64,000 bases of DNA, from NCBI GenBank assembly GCA_963668315.1, contig OY764216.1:1536001-1600000 (forward strand), written 5' to 3'. The position numbers and the translations under genes were made by a program. Positions 40,777 through 49,543 of the stretch are shown here, piece after piece. How positions within the stretch are numbered: the stretch's first letter is position 1; every line of letters begins with the position of its first letter. The notes beneath the pieces were generated by a model. The model ran no database searches. It was not told the DNA's origin and was given only the letters and a program-made list of their open reading frames with translations. This stretch comes from Spirochaetia bacterium (GTDB lineage Bacteria; Spirochaetota; Spirochaetia; DSM-2461).

Positions 40777-41799
40777 CTACTCTATGGAAAGGAGCTGGAT
40801 CTGGAACACGAGCCAGCTGTTGGGAGGGATGATATTTCCCACGGCCCTTTCGCCGTAAGCCATCTTGGGGGGAATGACAATAGTCCGGACCTCTCCGGTT
40901 TTCATGGCAAGAATAGCTTCCAGCCATCCGGGGATGACCGAATCGGTTCCGATCGTTATGGAAAAAGGCTGGCCCCTCTCCACGGAGCTGTCGAAGACGG
41001 TTCCGTCGGGGAGCATGCCCGTATAGTGAACGCTGACGGTATCACCCATTCGGGGAGTGTCGCCGTAGCCTTCGTACATGACGTTGTAATAAATGCCGGA
41101 CATGGTTTTACCGTAGCTGTCCAGGCTTCTGATGACCGAAGCCACCTCGGGATTCGTCTCTTCGAGGAGGGACAGTTCCCGTCCACGGGCTTCGGTATAG
41201 CGGGAGGCAAAGGCCTGATCCCCGGTCACGAAGGATTCCGCGTCGGAGCCTCTGCGTATGATGGAAACGCTGATAAGCTCATCGCCGGCGGTCAGTTTGT
41301 TCAGGATCTTCTCTCCCGATACAATCTCTCCGAAAGGCGTATAAAGCCTGTCCAGATAGGGGTCGCCCGCCCCTTTGGTGATAAAGAAAGCCGAACCGTT
41401 CGATTCGGTGGGAAGCCCGGTCATGACAAGCACGCCGGATTTTCCGCAGGTCAGGGTAAAATCCTGTTCCCGGGGAATGGTATAACCGGGGTCGCCGTTC
41501 CCGTTGTTCAGGGGATCACCGGAGAAAACAGCGTAATTCTCGATATCCCTGTAAAAGGTAAGCCCGTCGTAGTAGGGCACTCCCTGGCGGACTTCCCGGG
41601 AAATGGCGTTTTCCGCCAGACCCGCGAAGGAAGTCACGGTCAGAGGGGTATGGGTGTAGTCCAGTTCAAAGACCATTTCCCCTTTGGACGTTTCAAAGGC
41701 TGCATAAAGGCCCGGTGCCAGCTCATTCTCATCTACCGCCGTCAGAGGCGCGATGACGAAGCAGAGCAGTGCGGCCGCTAAAGTACTAAATCTTTTCAC
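40777..41799 (-). CDS. Exported cyclophilin-FKBP dual PPIase, degenerate cyclophilin domain
   Basis: Cyclophilin-like YDGLTFYR..NGSAFFIT plus FKBP VHYTG..FDSS..VIPGW..AYG. Confidence 0.88.
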   Translation of the reverse strand: MKRFSTLAAALLCFVIAPLTAVDENELAPGLYAAFETSKGEMVFELDYTHTPLTVTSFAGLAENAISREVRQGVPYYDGLTFYRDIENYAVFSGDPLNNGNGDPGYTIPREQDFTLTCGKSGVLVMTGLPTESNGSAFFITKGAGDPYLDRLYTPFGEIVSGEKILNKLTAGDELISVSIIRRGSDAESFVTGDQAFASRYTEARGRELSLLEETNPEVASVIRSLDSYGKTMSGIYYNVMYEGYGDTPRMGDTVSVHYTGMLPDGTVFDSSVERGQPFSITIGTDSVIPGWLEAILAMKTGEVRTIVIPPKMAYGERAVGNIIPPNSWLVFQIQLLSIE

Positions 41800-41817
41800 C
41801 CTGTACCCCCTGATATT

Positions 41818-42846
41818 TTACTGGAAGTCTACCAGTTCGATCTCGAAAACGAGCCACGTGTCGGGGGGAATAACCCCGCCGGCGCCCCGGCTGCCGTAAG
41901 CCAGTTCGGGGGGAGACACGATAGTTCTCTTCTCGCCCTTCTTCATCTGAAGCAGAGTCAGGTCCCAGGCGGGAATCACCTGACCGATGCCGACCTGGAA
42001 TTCGAAAGGCTCGTTCCTGTCGTAGGAAGAGTCGAACTTCCGGCCGTCAAGGAACGTACCTTTGTAGTGGGCTTTGATCAGAGTTCCCCTGGCGGGGGTG
42101 GCTCCGGTGCCTTCTCTTTTGATTTCGTAATAAACGCCGTTATCGTCCTTCTGGATATCGGGGAAGAGGGACTGGATCTGTGCCAGAGTCTCCTTGGCCT
42201 GTTCCGCTTTCTCCGCGGCCAGCTTTTCCTCGATCTCCCGGTTCAGCTTGTCAAAAGCTTCCTGGCCGGTGGCAAAGGCTTCTGCCTCGGCGCCCTTGCG
42301 GATAATCGTTACGGACTTGATCTCGTCGCCCTGCTGAACCGAATCGACCACTTTCTGACCTTCGACGACATGGCCGAAAATCGTATGGGCCCCGTTCAGG
42401 TGGGGAGTGGGGACGTGGGTAATGAAAAACTGGCTTCCGTTGGTTCCCGCGCCGGCGTTGGCCATGGCCAGTTTACCGGGGGCGTCGAACTTCAGAGCCG
42501 GATCGATCTCGTCGGCGAAACGGTAGCCGGGACCGCCCGTTCCGTTGCCCAGGGGGTCTCCGCCCTGAATCATGAAGTCGGAGATTACCCGGTGGAATTT
42601 CAGGCCGTCATAGTATTTTCCATCCCGGGCCTTGGTATCCATCGTTCCCTCGGCGAGGGAGACAAAATTACACACGGTCAGGGGCGTTCTTTCGTATTCC
42701 AGTTCACAAAGAATTTTACCCCGGGTCGTATCAATTTCCGCATAAAGGCCGTCGGCCAGATCCTGATAGCTGTTGCTGCATCCTGACATAATAATTGTTA
42801 TGAACAACACGAATGCTGAAAGTATCCTTAAGGGACGGTTGTTCAT
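41818..42846 (-). CDS. Cyclophilin-FKBP dual PPIase lipoprotein
   Basis: MSGC lipobox, [53 protein letters not shown]. Confidence 0.93.
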   Translation of the reverse strand: MNNRPLRILSAFVLFITIIMSGCSNSYQDLADGLYAEIDTTRGKILCELEYERTPLTVCNFVSLAEGTMDTKARDGKYYDGLKFHRVISDFMIQGGDPLGNGTGGPGYRFADEIDPALKFDAPGKLAMANAGAGTNGSQFFITHVPTPHLNGAHTIFGHVVEGQKVVDSVQQGDEIKSVTIIRKGAEAEAFATGQEAFDKLNREIEEKLAAEKAEQAKETLAQIQSLFPDIQKDDNGVYYEIKREGTGATPARGTLIKAHYKGTFLDGRKFDSSYDRNEPFEFQVGIGQVIPAWDLTLLQMKKGEKRTIVSPPELAYGSRGAGGVIPPDTWLVFEIELVDFQ

Positions 42847-42984
42847 CTTTCCTCCTTACGCTCCGCTCTCCGGCGGGCACAGATTTTTGGGGAAGCGGCG
42901 AGTAAAAACCGCAATGAGCGCAGTATAACACAGGAGAGGATTTGGGAAAACCCCGGGCAGATGCCAACCCCGGCGGAATGGGGG

Positions 42985-43135
42985 ACCTCGGTCCGGCCCG
43001 GGGCCGGGCTTTCCGCTCGTACTCCTCGGAAGCAGTGAAAGCGAAATTCGCTTTCACTCCCCTCTCTCCCGGGGCTCTGTCCCCGCCGCCCCTCCGCTCG
43101 GTGCTCCCTGCGGGGTGCCGCTCCCATCCCTTTTG
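42985..43135. repeat. GC-rich palindromic REP-like intergenic element
   Basis: Perfect 12-bp inverted repeat AGTGAAAGCGAA-a-TTCGCTTTCACT (43034-43058), a CCGGCCC/GGGCCGG hairpin, three CCGCTC copies. Confidence 0.45.
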
Positions 43136-43362
43136 GTCATGGGATACCGCACACCGGAAAGACCCCTCCCTGTTTTTTGCAGCAGGGAAAATTTCGCCTG
43201 GTATTTTGAAGTCTCCGGGAAGGGGGAGGAGGGAAAAACCCCGCCTTTTAGCTTTCCTGAGAAAAAATCCCAACCTTTTCCCTCTTCCCGGCACTAAAGG
43301 GTATAGAATTAATACAGGGGAAAGGTTTTCGCTGAACGAAGCCGTCCCCTAAGGAGCGAGTC

Positions 43363-43968
43363 ATGAAACGGATAGAAGATTATTTCCCCCCCGGCGATGA
43401 GCATGACCGGATGATACAGAAGGCGCTGCGTGAGATCGATATGGCTTCGGCTGTCGCCCTCTGTGTCGGGCTGGGGGACAAGGCGGACATGATCTACCGG
43501 AACCTCAGTTCCCCTGTCTACGAACAGGTCAAGGAGGAAATGGGCCGGATGGAGAGCACCTTTCCCGCCGCCAGACGTTCCGCCGCCTACGCCCTCTTTC
43601 AGAAAAAGCTGCTGAAATTCGAGAAAAAAGGCCGGGAGCAGAGGGTCCTTTCCGAACCGGAAGAGCTGCGCTTCGACACCTTTGAGGAGATCCGCCAGTC
43701 CCTCCACCATCTCTATAACCTGAACAGGGAAGGGCAGATCGGTACCATGGAGCGGATGATCGGGGAAGTCTCCGATCCGGCGCTGAGGCGGCAGTTGGAA
43801 ACGGTGCTTTTCGCCGAAGATCCCCTGACCGCAGAGGCGATAATCGACAGGATGGCCTCTCGGCAGAAGGAGCGTTTCGAGAAGAAGCAGTATCTCCTCA
43901 AGGAGGGGCTCATCTCCCTGCTCGTGGGAGAGGGGGAGGAGATCTTCCTGGAAAAGATCTATGACTGA
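43363..43968 (+). CDS. Soluble protein with FliG C-terminal-like and MotA cytoplasmic-like segments
   Basis: IQKALREID..AVAL..IYRNLS..VKEEM resembles FliG-C. REGQIGTME..VSDPAL and LLKEGLISLLVGE..FLEKI resemble MotA. No TM helix. Confidence 0.65.
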   Translation: MKRIEDYFPPGDEHDRMIQKALREIDMASAVALCVGLGDKADMIYRNLSSPVYEQVKEEMGRMESTFPAARRSAAYALFQKKLLKFEKKGREQRVLSEPEELRFDTFEEIRQSLHHLYNLNREGQIGTMERMIGEVSDPALRRQLETVLFAEDPLTAEAIIDRMASRQKERFEKKQYLLKEGLISLLVGEGEEIFLEKIYD

Positions 43969-44404
43969 TCTCCTCTGGGAGATATCAGGTCATGAGGATC
44001 GGATCAGAGGGTTTTTCCGGAGAGAGCAGCTGAGAAGCGACGTGATTGACGATCTGACCCAGGAAGTCCTCTGCCGGCTCTATGAATCGGCCGGACGGTT
44101 CAGGGGGGAATCCTCCCCGGGTACCTGGATCTACGGATACTGCCGGAACGTTCTCTATGAGTACTTCCGCAGGGAGAGAAAATTTCTTCCCCTGGAGATC
44201 GATCCGGCTTCATCCGCTCCCGACCCGTGGGATCTGGCTGTTCTCAGGTCCCGGGAAGAGAAGCTTCCCCCCCGGTTAAGGCAGATCTACGAGAAAAAAT
44301 ACCGCCAGGGGAAGAAAATCCGTGAGATAGCCGCGGAGCTCTCCCTCCCGGAAGGCACGGTAAAATACTACCTTTACGAGATCAGAAGACGGATGCGGGA
44401 CTGA
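43961..44404 (+). CDS. ECF sigma factor
   Basis: Region 2 DDLTQEV..FRGESSPGTWIY..RN and region 4 IREIAAELSLPEGTVK. Confidence 0.9.
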   Translation: MTDLLWEISGHEDRIRGFFRREQLRSDVIDDLTQEVLCRLYESAGRFRGESSPGTWIYGYCRNVLYEYFRRERKFLPLEIDPASSAPDPWDLAVLRSREEKLPPRLRQIYEKKYRQGKKIREIAAELSLPEGTVKYYLYEIRRRMRD

Positions 44405-44454
44405 CATCCACGCGGGAAAAATCCGCCCCCGGGGCTCAGAATGTCAGCCGGCCA

Positions 44455-46434
44455 TCAGAACTCTATGAACTCACTGTCCTCCGAACTCCTTTCCGAGGCA
44501 GGGAGGGCCCGCTTCACGCCGGTCCGTACTCTTCCCGGGGGAAGGGGCTGCGCGGTCCTGGCCGGTATGTTTTTCCGGCTTTTTTCCGCCCGATTAGGCA
44601 GTTTGAAGGCACTGTCGTCAATTGTGAAGAAGGCTATCGCCTCGTTCAGGAGATCCGCCTGGTTTTCCAGCTCCTCCGACATGGAGGCCGATTCCTCGGA
44701 AAAAGCCGCATTTTCCTGTATTACATGATCCAGCGTGATGAGGGCTTCGCTTATCTCCTGCGCGCCCGCCGCCTGTTCGTTGCAGGAAGAGCTTATTTCC
44801 TGTACAAGGGCCGCCGTTTCCATCGTCTCGGGCAGCATGGACTTCATCTGCCGGCCCGCCTCTTCTGCCATGGAGACTCCTTCGGCTGTGATTTTTTCTA
44901 TTTCATCGGCGGCGTTTTTGCTGCGGTCCGCCAGTTTCCCCACCTCCGATGCGACCACCATAAAACCCTTGCCGTACTCTCCGGCCCGGGCCGCTTCTAT
45001 GGAAGCGTTCAGAGCCAGCAGGTTGATATTCCGGGCGATCTCCTGGATCAGGGATATCCTTTTGGATATGATGTTCATGGCGTCTACCGTTTTCTGCACG
45101 GCCTCGTCGCTCTGACGGGACATCTCCGTGGACCGCTTGGCCTTCAATTCCGTTTCATTGGCATTGGAGGCGTTCTGGCTGATCGTGGCGTTCATCTCTT
45201 CCATGGAAGCGGATATCTCCTCAATGGAAGACGCCTGTGACGAGACGCCGCTGGAAAGGGCCTGGGCTGATTTGTTAATTTCCCTGCTGCCTTCGTGGAC
45301 CTGGACGGCTGCCGCATTGACGTTCCCGATTATCTGGACAAGCCTGTTCTTCATTTCGGTGAGAGACTGGGCGAGTTTTCCCGTTTCATCCTTTCTCTTG
45401 AGAAGATGATCGCCAAGGTCTTCGTTAAGGAATCCCTCGGATATCTTCTCGGCAAAACGGACGCTGGCGATAATGGGGCCGGTAAGGCTTCTGGAAAAGA
45501 GCATGAAAATCAGGAAGGTCACGAGGAAGGATAGGACTCCGGCGGCTATGATTATCCATTTGATCCGATGGGCGGGATGGAGGAATTCACTGTCAGGTAT
45601 GGTCAGGGCTATACCCCATCCCGTTTCGACGATGGGGGCATAGCCGGCGGTTTTTTCAATAACTCCGGACAGGTAGGGAATGATTCCTTGGCTGCCGGAC
45701 AGCATCTCTTCGGCCAGCTTCTCCATCCCGGCGGTTTTTTTGAGGTTCTTGGTGAAAATTTCCCCGTCGTCCGGATGGGCTATCACCCGGCCCTCCCGGT
45801 CGATAACGAAGGCGTATCCGGTGTCACCGATCTTCTCATCCCTGATCTGCTCCTGGATCAGTTCGAAGTTCACATGGATCACCAGAGCTCCCAGAACCTC
45901 ATTGTTCACTCCCGTGACAGGGGAGGAGAGGGGAATGTAGTGACCGCCGCCACGGGAACTCTCTTCCGGCTCGCCGTAGGCCGTATTACCTTTCAGTGCA
46001 TTCGTGACATAGACGGCCCGGCTGAAATCTGTCGCTTCGAAAGAATCATCGGTTCCTCCTATATACCGCCCGCTTCTGTCAAAAAGGAGGCAATCCTGAA
46101 TCTCCTCGGGGGCTATCATATGGAAGCGGTTCAGTTCCCGGCTCAGCAGATTTTCAGGCCGGCTGAGCTCACCCTCGGCGGAAATCAGTCCGTCTGAGAG
46201 ATAGTCCCGGATCAGAGTATTGTCCGCCAGGGCCTTGAGAAGCTTTTCTTCCTCGGCCAATACGCGGCTGATTCCCGCGGCGATTGTCGAAGCCCTGCTT
46301 TCCAGCTGCTCCGCTTCCAGTTCGTTCAGGGAAAGGGCCGATTCCCTGTAGGCAATCAGCCCGATTGCCGTGATCGTTACCAGCAGGATAACACTCCCCA
46401 CCGATACTAATGTTGACGCGATACCTCGTTTCAT
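44455..46434 (-). CDS. Methyl-accepting chemotaxis protein (dCache), C-terminal pentapeptide EFIEF
   Basis: TM-dCache ([16 protein letters not shown])-[26 protein letters not shown]. Confidence 0.95.
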   Translation of the reverse strand: MKRGIASTLVSVGSVILLVTITAIGLIAYRESALSLNELEAEQLESRASTIAAGISRVLAEEEKLLKALADNTLIRDYLSDGLISAEGELSRPENLLSRELNRFHMIAPEEIQDCLLFDRSGRYIGGTDDSFEATDFSRAVYVTNALKGNTAYGEPEESSRGGGHYIPLSSPVTGVNNEVLGALVIHVNFELIQEQIRDEKIGDTGYAFVIDREGRVIAHPDDGEIFTKNLKKTAGMEKLAEEMLSGSQGIIPYLSGVIEKTAGYAPIVETGWGIALTIPDSEFLHPAHRIKWIIIAAGVLSFLVTFLIFMLFSRSLTGPIIASVRFAEKISEGFLNEDLGDHLLKRKDETGKLAQSLTEMKNRLVQIIGNVNAAAVQVHEGSREINKSAQALSSGVSSQASSIEEISASMEEMNATISQNASNANETELKAKRSTEMSRQSDEAVQKTVDAMNIISKRISLIQEIARNINLLALNASIEAARAGEYGKGFMVVASEVGKLADRSKNAADEIEKITAEGVSMAEEAGRQMKSMLPETMETAALVQEISSSCNEQAAGAQEISEALITLDHVIQENAAFSEESASMSEELENQADLLNEAIAFFTIDDSAFKLPNRAEKSRKNIPARTAQPLPPGRVRTGVKRALPASERSSEDSEFIEF

Positions 46435-46582
46435 AGTTGTTCCTCTTTCTTCGTTTTTAATTGAACCGGGGGAGAAGGTTTTGCTGTCAACCTATGTGCA
46501 TATGCCCCCTCTATAGAAATCTTTCATCCGAAAAGGGCATTTGTCGAGGTATCGTTTTATATCAGTTTTTTATAGCATGCTG

Positions 46583-47692
46583 TCAGTTGACAATCTGTTT
46601 GTTATTGATAAACAGTAAAAGTTCCTCCCTTCCCCTGACCTGCAGTTTCCGGTAGATATTCGTTAAATGCTTTCTCACCGTGATTTCGGCGATTCCCATC
46701 TCATAGGCTATCTCTTTCGCTGTTTTCAGGAGTGACAGACGGGACAGGACTTTTACTTCTTTGGCTGTCAGATCGTAATCCGATGCCGAGAGGCTCCGGG
46801 AGGGGGTATCTTCTTTTTTCTGATCAAGGGAGATATCCTTTAGAAGAAGGCTGATCATCTCCTTCATTCCTTCCATCTCTTCCTGGAGCCTGAGCATGGG
46901 ATTCTCCCTTTCCTCCCGGGACACGAAGATCAGCTTGATGACTCCTCCGCCCGACCTGATCTCTTTCCGTTCAAGAATCATGACTGCCTTAAAGGTGACC
47001 TTTACCCTATCGGTAGAGAGAAGGGTCAGGGGAAAACGGTCATTCCCGTCGATTTTTCCTTCCAGTCTTGCCGTAACGGCAGAAAGACTCTCTACGGTGA
47101 GAATCTGCTCAATATGGAGGGACTTATTCATTCCCTCTTCCCCGATTCGGAGAATCTCTGTGAACGGCCCTCGTAGGGAGATAAGTCTGCCTGTCTCCAG
47201 GCTGAACGAGAGGGTCCCCCAGGACTTCCCCGAGTCACGAGAAAGATCCTTAGGCTTATCTCCACTCTTATCCGATTCCGAAAGGGGAACGGGACTGTTT
47301 TTCAGAAACAGGCAGAGGATTCGGCTTTCCTCTTCTCTTTCTCCTGTCAGGAGATAGCCGTAAACCTTGACCGGAACGGCGGCGCCGTCCCGGCTGTAGA
47401 GTATCTTGCTCAGGCAGATTTCCGACTCCTCACCGGAAAGAAGGGAATTTATGGAAGTTATGGACTTCTCAATAAACAGGGGGGATATGATATGGGGATA
47501 CCTCATTCCGATGAGTTCCGCGGAAGGATAGCCTAACTCCTCAGTGAAAAAATCATTTGTATAGAGGAATCTTCCGTCCCCGTCTATCAGAGCGACTCCG
47601 AGATATGAGGACCTGTGAAGTAGGGTGAAAATATTTCTGCTTACGCCGAAAAGAGTACTGAGATCCGTCCTATTCATAAATACCTTATTCAT
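46583..47692 (-). CDS. PAS-domain LuxR-family transcriptional regulator (paralogue 1)
   Basis: N-terminal PAS, C-terminal LTAKE..KEIAYEMGIAEITVRKHLTNIYRKL. Confidence 0.88.
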   Translation of the reverse strand: MNKVFMNRTDLSTLFGVSRNIFTLLHRSSYLGVALIDGDGRFLYTNDFFTEELGYPSAELIGMRYPHIISPLFIEKSITSINSLLSGEESEICLSKILYSRDGAAVPVKVYGYLLTGEREEESRILCLFLKNSPVPLSESDKSGDKPKDLSRDSGKSWGTLSFSLETGRLISLRGPFTEILRIGEEGMNKSLHIEQILTVESLSAVTARLEGKIDGNDRFPLTLLSTDRVKVTFKAVMILERKEIRSGGGVIKLIFVSREERENPMLRLQEEMEGMKEMISLLLKDISLDQKKEDTPSRSLSASDYDLTAKEVKVLSRLSLLKTAKEIAYEMGIAEITVRKHLTNIYRKLQVRGREELLLFINNKQIVN

Positions 47693-47982
47693 TTTCTAAT
47701 ATATTCATGCAATCTATCGTCCCCGGGGGGATTGATCAATAGGAAAGTGTGATGAATTTTACAAAAAACAACATTAAATGGCCTCTGGAGACCATATAAG
47801 TCCCTATATGTCCTTAGAAGTATCGTTTGTCTGAAAGAACCTCAGGACAAGTTTCCCCTATCCTATCTGTTACTTTCGTCACGGTTTCAGGGTGAGAAAA
47901 AGACAGAATAAATAAACTGAAAGTTACTTAATGCGATTCTTGATGAAAGATAGAATGAAAGAACCATACAAGGAAGGTTTCT

Positions 47983-48558
47983 ATGAAAATACTCCCCATT
48001 CTATTCGCTTTGTCTTTTATTCTCACCATGACGGGCTGCCCCGATCCCTCTTCGAAAACAGAGGGCTATGTTGTCATATACAGTCCTAATTACGCCGACG
48101 GCGGAACAGTACCCGCCCCACAGACCAAGACTCCCGGAGAACCTCTGCTCATTTCCGATAATACGGGAAAACTCTCAAAGGAAGGCTTCGTCTTCTACGG
48201 CTGGAACAGCCGTATGGACGGGGAAGGAACCCTATGGAGGGGAGGGGATTATTACAAAGAAGACGCTCCTATCACCATCTATGCCGATTGGGCCGATGCA
48301 GCAACCACCTGCTGGATACGTTATGACGGCAACGGGGCCGACTCGGGAACCACTCCGAGGGATCAGCCCAGGAAAATGGATGATTATGCCGAAATCGCCG
48401 ATAATACGGGTAATCTGGCCAAAGAGGGATATGTTTTCAGCGGATGGAACAAATCCAAGTATGGGGATGAGCAGGCATTTAAGCCGGGCAGTACCTATAC
48501 GGGAGATTATGACCTCAATTTATATGCCGTCTGGGAGCCGGTTGAAGTCCCCTGGTAA
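47983..48558 (+). CDS. Lipoprotein with two InlB B-repeat (Listeria-Bacteroides repeat) domains
   Basis: MTGC lipobox, two repeats Y..N.A..GT.P...NTG.L.KEG..F.GWN...LYA.W. Confidence 0.85.
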   Translation: MKILPILFALSFILTMTGCPDPSSKTEGYVVIYSPNYADGGTVPAPQTKTPGEPLLISDNTGKLSKEGFVFYGWNSRMDGEGTLWRGGDYYKEDAPITIYADWADAATTCWIRYDGNGADSGTTPRDQPRKMDDYAEIADNTGNLAKEGYVFSGWNKSKYGDEQAFKPGSTYTGDYDLNLYAVWEPVEVPW

Positions 48559-48721
48559 GAGTTGAACGTTCAATCCTTTTCGTGGAAAGCAAGGCATATT
48601 ACAGGTATGAAGACGATCATTCTGCTTTTCACTCCCGCCCGGCGGCGCCCGAGGAGGCTGGTCACAAACCTTTGGTTTGCTGCTCGCCTATGCGCCCTGG
48701 CCGTCAGCCCCGCATAGCCTG

Positions 48722-48742
48722 GTTCCGGGCTTTGCCCGGAAC
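48722..48742. terminator. GC-rich hairpin, probable terminator
   Basis: GTTCCGGGC-ttt-GCCCGGAAC perfect stem between the lipoprotein gene and the next promoter. Confidence 0.5.
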
Positions 48743-48808
48743 GGACCCGTTTCCCAAGGGTTATAGTTTATTATTGACAAATCGGGGGAGCTGTTCCTAT
48801 TATGATGT

Positions 48809-49543
48809 ATGCGCGACCTCCTTATCATCGATGACGAGTATGAAATTCGAAACGGTATCGCCCGGTATTTTCCCTGGAATAATCTGGCCATTGAGGTGGC
48901 CGCCGTCTGTGAGGGGGGAGCCGAAGCTCTGGCTCTTCTGGCCAGAAGAAATATCGACCTGATCCTGTGCGATATCAGGATGCCGGAAATGGACGGAATC
49001 CGCTTCGCCGAGATAGTGAGGGAGTACAACTACCCCTGCCAGATCGTGTTTTTAAGCGCCCACAAGGATTTCGAATACGCCCGCAAAGCCATTGAGCTGG
49101 GTGTGAAGAATTATATTATCAAGCCCGCCGGTTACGATGAACTCTATGCCACCTTCTCCAAGCTTGTCCGGGAGGAGGACGAAGAGGAAGAGGTGCTTCG
49201 GGATAGGCCGGATTCCTTCGAAGGGGCTCTGAGCGATCAGGTAAGCATGCTTATTTCGGCAGATCTGAGAAATGCCTCCCTCTCCTCCGTTTCCGATTCG
49301 GTCAGTCTGAGCCCCAATTACCTCAGCTCCCTGCTTTATCAGGAGTGCGGCAAGACGTTTTCCGCCCTGGCCATGGACGTGAGAATGAAAGAGGCCGCCT
49401 CTCTTCTGCGCGATACCCGTCTGAAGGTCTATGAGATCTGCGAGATGGTCGGCTATGCCAATGTGAAGAGCTTCACCCGGGCTTTCAGGCACTATTACGG
49501 GATTCCTCCCCGGGAGTTCGGTCTTCAGTTCCATGAACAGTAA
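48809..49543 (+). CDS. YesN-like response regulator (receiver + AraC HTH)
   Basis: IIDDE, CDIRMPEMDG, AraC HTH VGYANVKSFTRAFR. Confidence 0.92.
   Translation: MRDLLIIDDEYEIRNGIARYFPWNNLAIEVAAVCEGGAEALALLARRNIDLILCDIRMPEMDGIRFAEIVREYNYPCQIVFLSAHKDFEYARKAIELGVKNYIIKPAGYDELYATFSKLVREEDEEEEVLRDRPDSFEGALSDQVSMLISADLRNASLSSVSDSVSLSPNYLSSLLYQECGKTFSALAMDVRMKEAASLLRDTRLKVYEICEMVGYANVKSFTRAFRHYYGIPPREFGLQFHEQ

Noticed and set aside
39922..41781. 619-aa plus-strand ORF
   Set aside because: Antisense shadow of radA and the PPIase, no recognisable motifs. Typical of GC-rich codon bias.
42731..43352. Several overlapping ORFs in the PPIase-FliG gap
   Set aside because: Low-complexity Arg/Pro/Gly translations from GC-rich palindromic DNA, with no SD.
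46435..46582. Possible c-di-GMP riboswitch before the MCP
   Set aside because: A hairpin is present but the GEMM core (GGCAAAC..GAAA..GACGCAAAG) is absent.
48563..48717. Palindrome TTGAACGTTCAA and a 36-codon ORF MKTIILLF...
   Set aside because: No convincing -35 or SD, and the peptide loses protein-like character after 9 residues. At most a gene remnant.
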